The position numbers and the translations under genes are program-made. A model generated the notes under the pieces. That model was not told the DNA's origin. It worked only from the letters and a program-made list of their open reading frames with translations, and did not search any database. A stretch of DNA of 52,160 nucleotides, filler included, from Mizuhopecten yessoensis (taxonomy: Eukaryota), in assembly GCF_002113885.1 (NCBI RefSeq). It is 3 parts of 3 records of this genome, joined end to end, with 100 filler letters (N's around TTAATTAATTAA, not from the genome) between each part and the next. Parts side by side here need not be neighbours in the genome. Positions count along the whole stretch, not along the records: positions 32,888 to 52,160 come from NW_018480058.1; 2 more parts are not named here. One strand, 5' to 3'. Shown here one piece after another: positions 49,802-52,160 of this stretch; positions within the stretch are counted from its first letter, which is position 1, and each line of letters begins with the position of its first letter.

Positions 49802-52160
49802 CCCAAAATAACACATCTGTTCATTGCAATACCTAACCCGAGCAAAAACACAATTCAGTACTTAAACACTTCATTTTTCAAATTCATATGGCAGTCAAAC
49901 AAAGAAAAAATTAAAAGACAAACTCTAGTGAAAGATTATAAAGACGGAGGATTAAAAATGATTGACTTAGATAAATGTATTACAAGCCTCAAATCAACTT
50001 GGATTAGACGGCTTCTCACAGCAAAACCAAAAGAATGGATTAATTTGTTTAAAGCGGAAATAACTTGCACACACAATATATCACAATTCAATGTAGACCA
50101 CTTTAAGCCTATCAAAACAACCAATAAATTCTGGAAAGATGTTCTTGAAGCTTGGGTAACCATCACAGAAAACAATCCTCCCAAAACACTTACAAATTTT
50201 CAAGAATCAACACTATTGTATAACTCAAATGTTTTGATGAATAATTCCTCTTTCTTCTATAAAGACATGCATGTCAAAGGAGTAAAATTTGTAAATGACA
50301 TTCTGCAAAATGATAACACTTTTCTCTCATTTGAAGAATTCAAACAGAAATATACTATACACTCAAACAACTTTCTCCAATATAGAAGCATCTGTGAATC
50401 AATAACAAAAGCTGCACATACACTGAATATAGACTTAACAAAATCAGAGAATTACCACCCCAGACCCTTCATTCCATTTCACCTACAAATAATATTAAAA
50501 TCCATCAAGGGAAGTACAGAATGTAAACCACACTATTGAATAAACAAAATACATGTAAAAATACAGCAGAACAAAAATGGAAATCAGATGATAGATTAAG
50601 TGTAAGTAATGTTACCGAAATACATCAACTACCCTTCCTAACCACAAAAGAAACAAAAATCCAATGGTTCCAATATAAAATCCTGAACCGGATTATTACC
50701 ACTAATTCGTACTTAAAAACAATTGGTATTAAAGACTCTGATACTTGTTCACTCTGTAGAGCACACCCTGACAAAATAGAACACTTATTTTGGAATTGCA
50801 TCGATCAACACCCAACACTTATGGGAAAATCTTAGAAGATGGATTCATAATAAACTTGGTAAAAATATTGACCTTGATATAAGTACAATTCTATTTGAGG
50901 TCACAGGAGAAACTAATGAAACAAAACCAACTAACATCATCATTACCTACACTAAATACTACATATTCTGTAATTCAAAGAAAACAGGAAATCTCTCAAT
51001 AATAGGATTGAAAGAATACCTAACTGAAACATTTACATACGAATTGACCTTGTCACAAAAAAACATGCAAATCCCAAAAATCAACAAAACTTGAAATGAA
51101 TGGAAAAACCTATTAAGTTAAGTGCAAAAAAACCCACCAAAATTATTTGAAAACCAAAGCCAAGTGAATGAACCTCAAACAGTTGGTCACCCATATACCC
51201 TTAATAATTACACTAATTAAATATTGTTGTCTTTTTTATATGTTTGTGTAGCCCTTTCTACACATTAATATATACATGTGCTAATAACTTGCTAATATAC
51301 ATGTGCTTTATACACCCAAAAAGGGTATAATATACACTGTTGAAATGTTTCAACTCCTAAAACATTGACCTCCCTAGATTGTGAGAAGTTACATGTATGT
51401 ATTTGTTGAGTATAGTACATGTCTATATGTATATGTGAATATGTATATTAAACATGAACATGTATAGCCCTGTATGCGAGTATATGTTTATAAACATGTG
51501 TATGTGTAGCAGTGTACAAACGTGTGCATATCCGCATAAAATACAAACAAGTTCTTACAAAGTAAAAAGATTTTTATTGTTTTCCTCTGTTTATATGTCA
51601 AATTGTAAACTTGTACAAGTATAACATATGACAATACCAAATTGTGTACTGTAACTATGATGTATCACAATTCCAGTTTTTATACTGTATACATGTACCT
51701 ATAATGTATTACAATGCCAAATGGTATACTGGGTAATTATAACTATAACATATATATCACAAAGCCAAATTGTGTACTGTTCAAGTATCATGTATCAAAA
51801 TGCCAAATTTACTGTATAAGTATAACATCTCACAATTCAAAATTGTATAATTTATAACTATAACATATCACCAGGCCAAATTGTTTACTATATACCTATA
51901 ACATATCACAATGCCAAATAATATACTGTACAAGTAAAAAATCTCACAATGCAAAATTACTAACTGTATAAGAATATTATATCTCAATGTCAAATTGTAT
52001 AGTGTATACCTTTAATGACTAATATGCTTACAGCATACAAGCGCATCTGCGTGTGTGTGTATGTTTGTGCATATATATGTGTGCGTATATCCGTTTGTGT
52101 GTGCATGTTGAGATGTGTATGTGCGTATGCATGTAAACTATGTATGTGTGTGGGTGCATA
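49802..52160 (+). mobile_element. 5'-truncated L1/Tx1-clade LINE, copy 2 (ORF2 C-terminus and long 3' UTR, runs off the window)
   Basis: PKITHLFIAIPNP..FFKFIW..DYKDGGLKMIDL..WIRRLL; WFQYKILNRIITTNSYL..CSLC..IEHLFWNC; highly similar and colinear to 30341-32700. Confidence 0.93.

Overview
AT-rich, repeat-dense eukaryotic (animal) genomic DNA. The repeat repertoire (V- and Meta-type tRNA SINEs, satellite-bearing Helentron/HINE elements, Nimb/I-group and Tx1 LINEs) suggests a mollusc, probably a bivalve; this is inference. Two host genes are supported. (1) The last two coding exons of a divergent Gi/Go-class G-protein alpha subunit on + (33127-33280, 35759-35946), whose last ~12 codons and stop are tandemly repeated ~8x into the 3' flank. 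(2) A single-coding-exon, 8-finger C2H2 zinc-finger gene on - (46102-47049). The rest is a decayed RNase H-bearing I/Nimb-type LINE (-, ~20.8-25.4 kb), two 5'-truncated copies of one L1/Tx1 LINE, SINEs (two share the LINE's 3' tail), three or four HINE elements, MITEs, long palindromes with C-GNA-G loops, several minisatellites (including a 54-bp array with a 461-codon ORF joined by A22 to a Tx1 fragment) and assembly gaps. No prokaryotic systems, CRISPR arrays, rRNA or convincing true tRNA genes were found.
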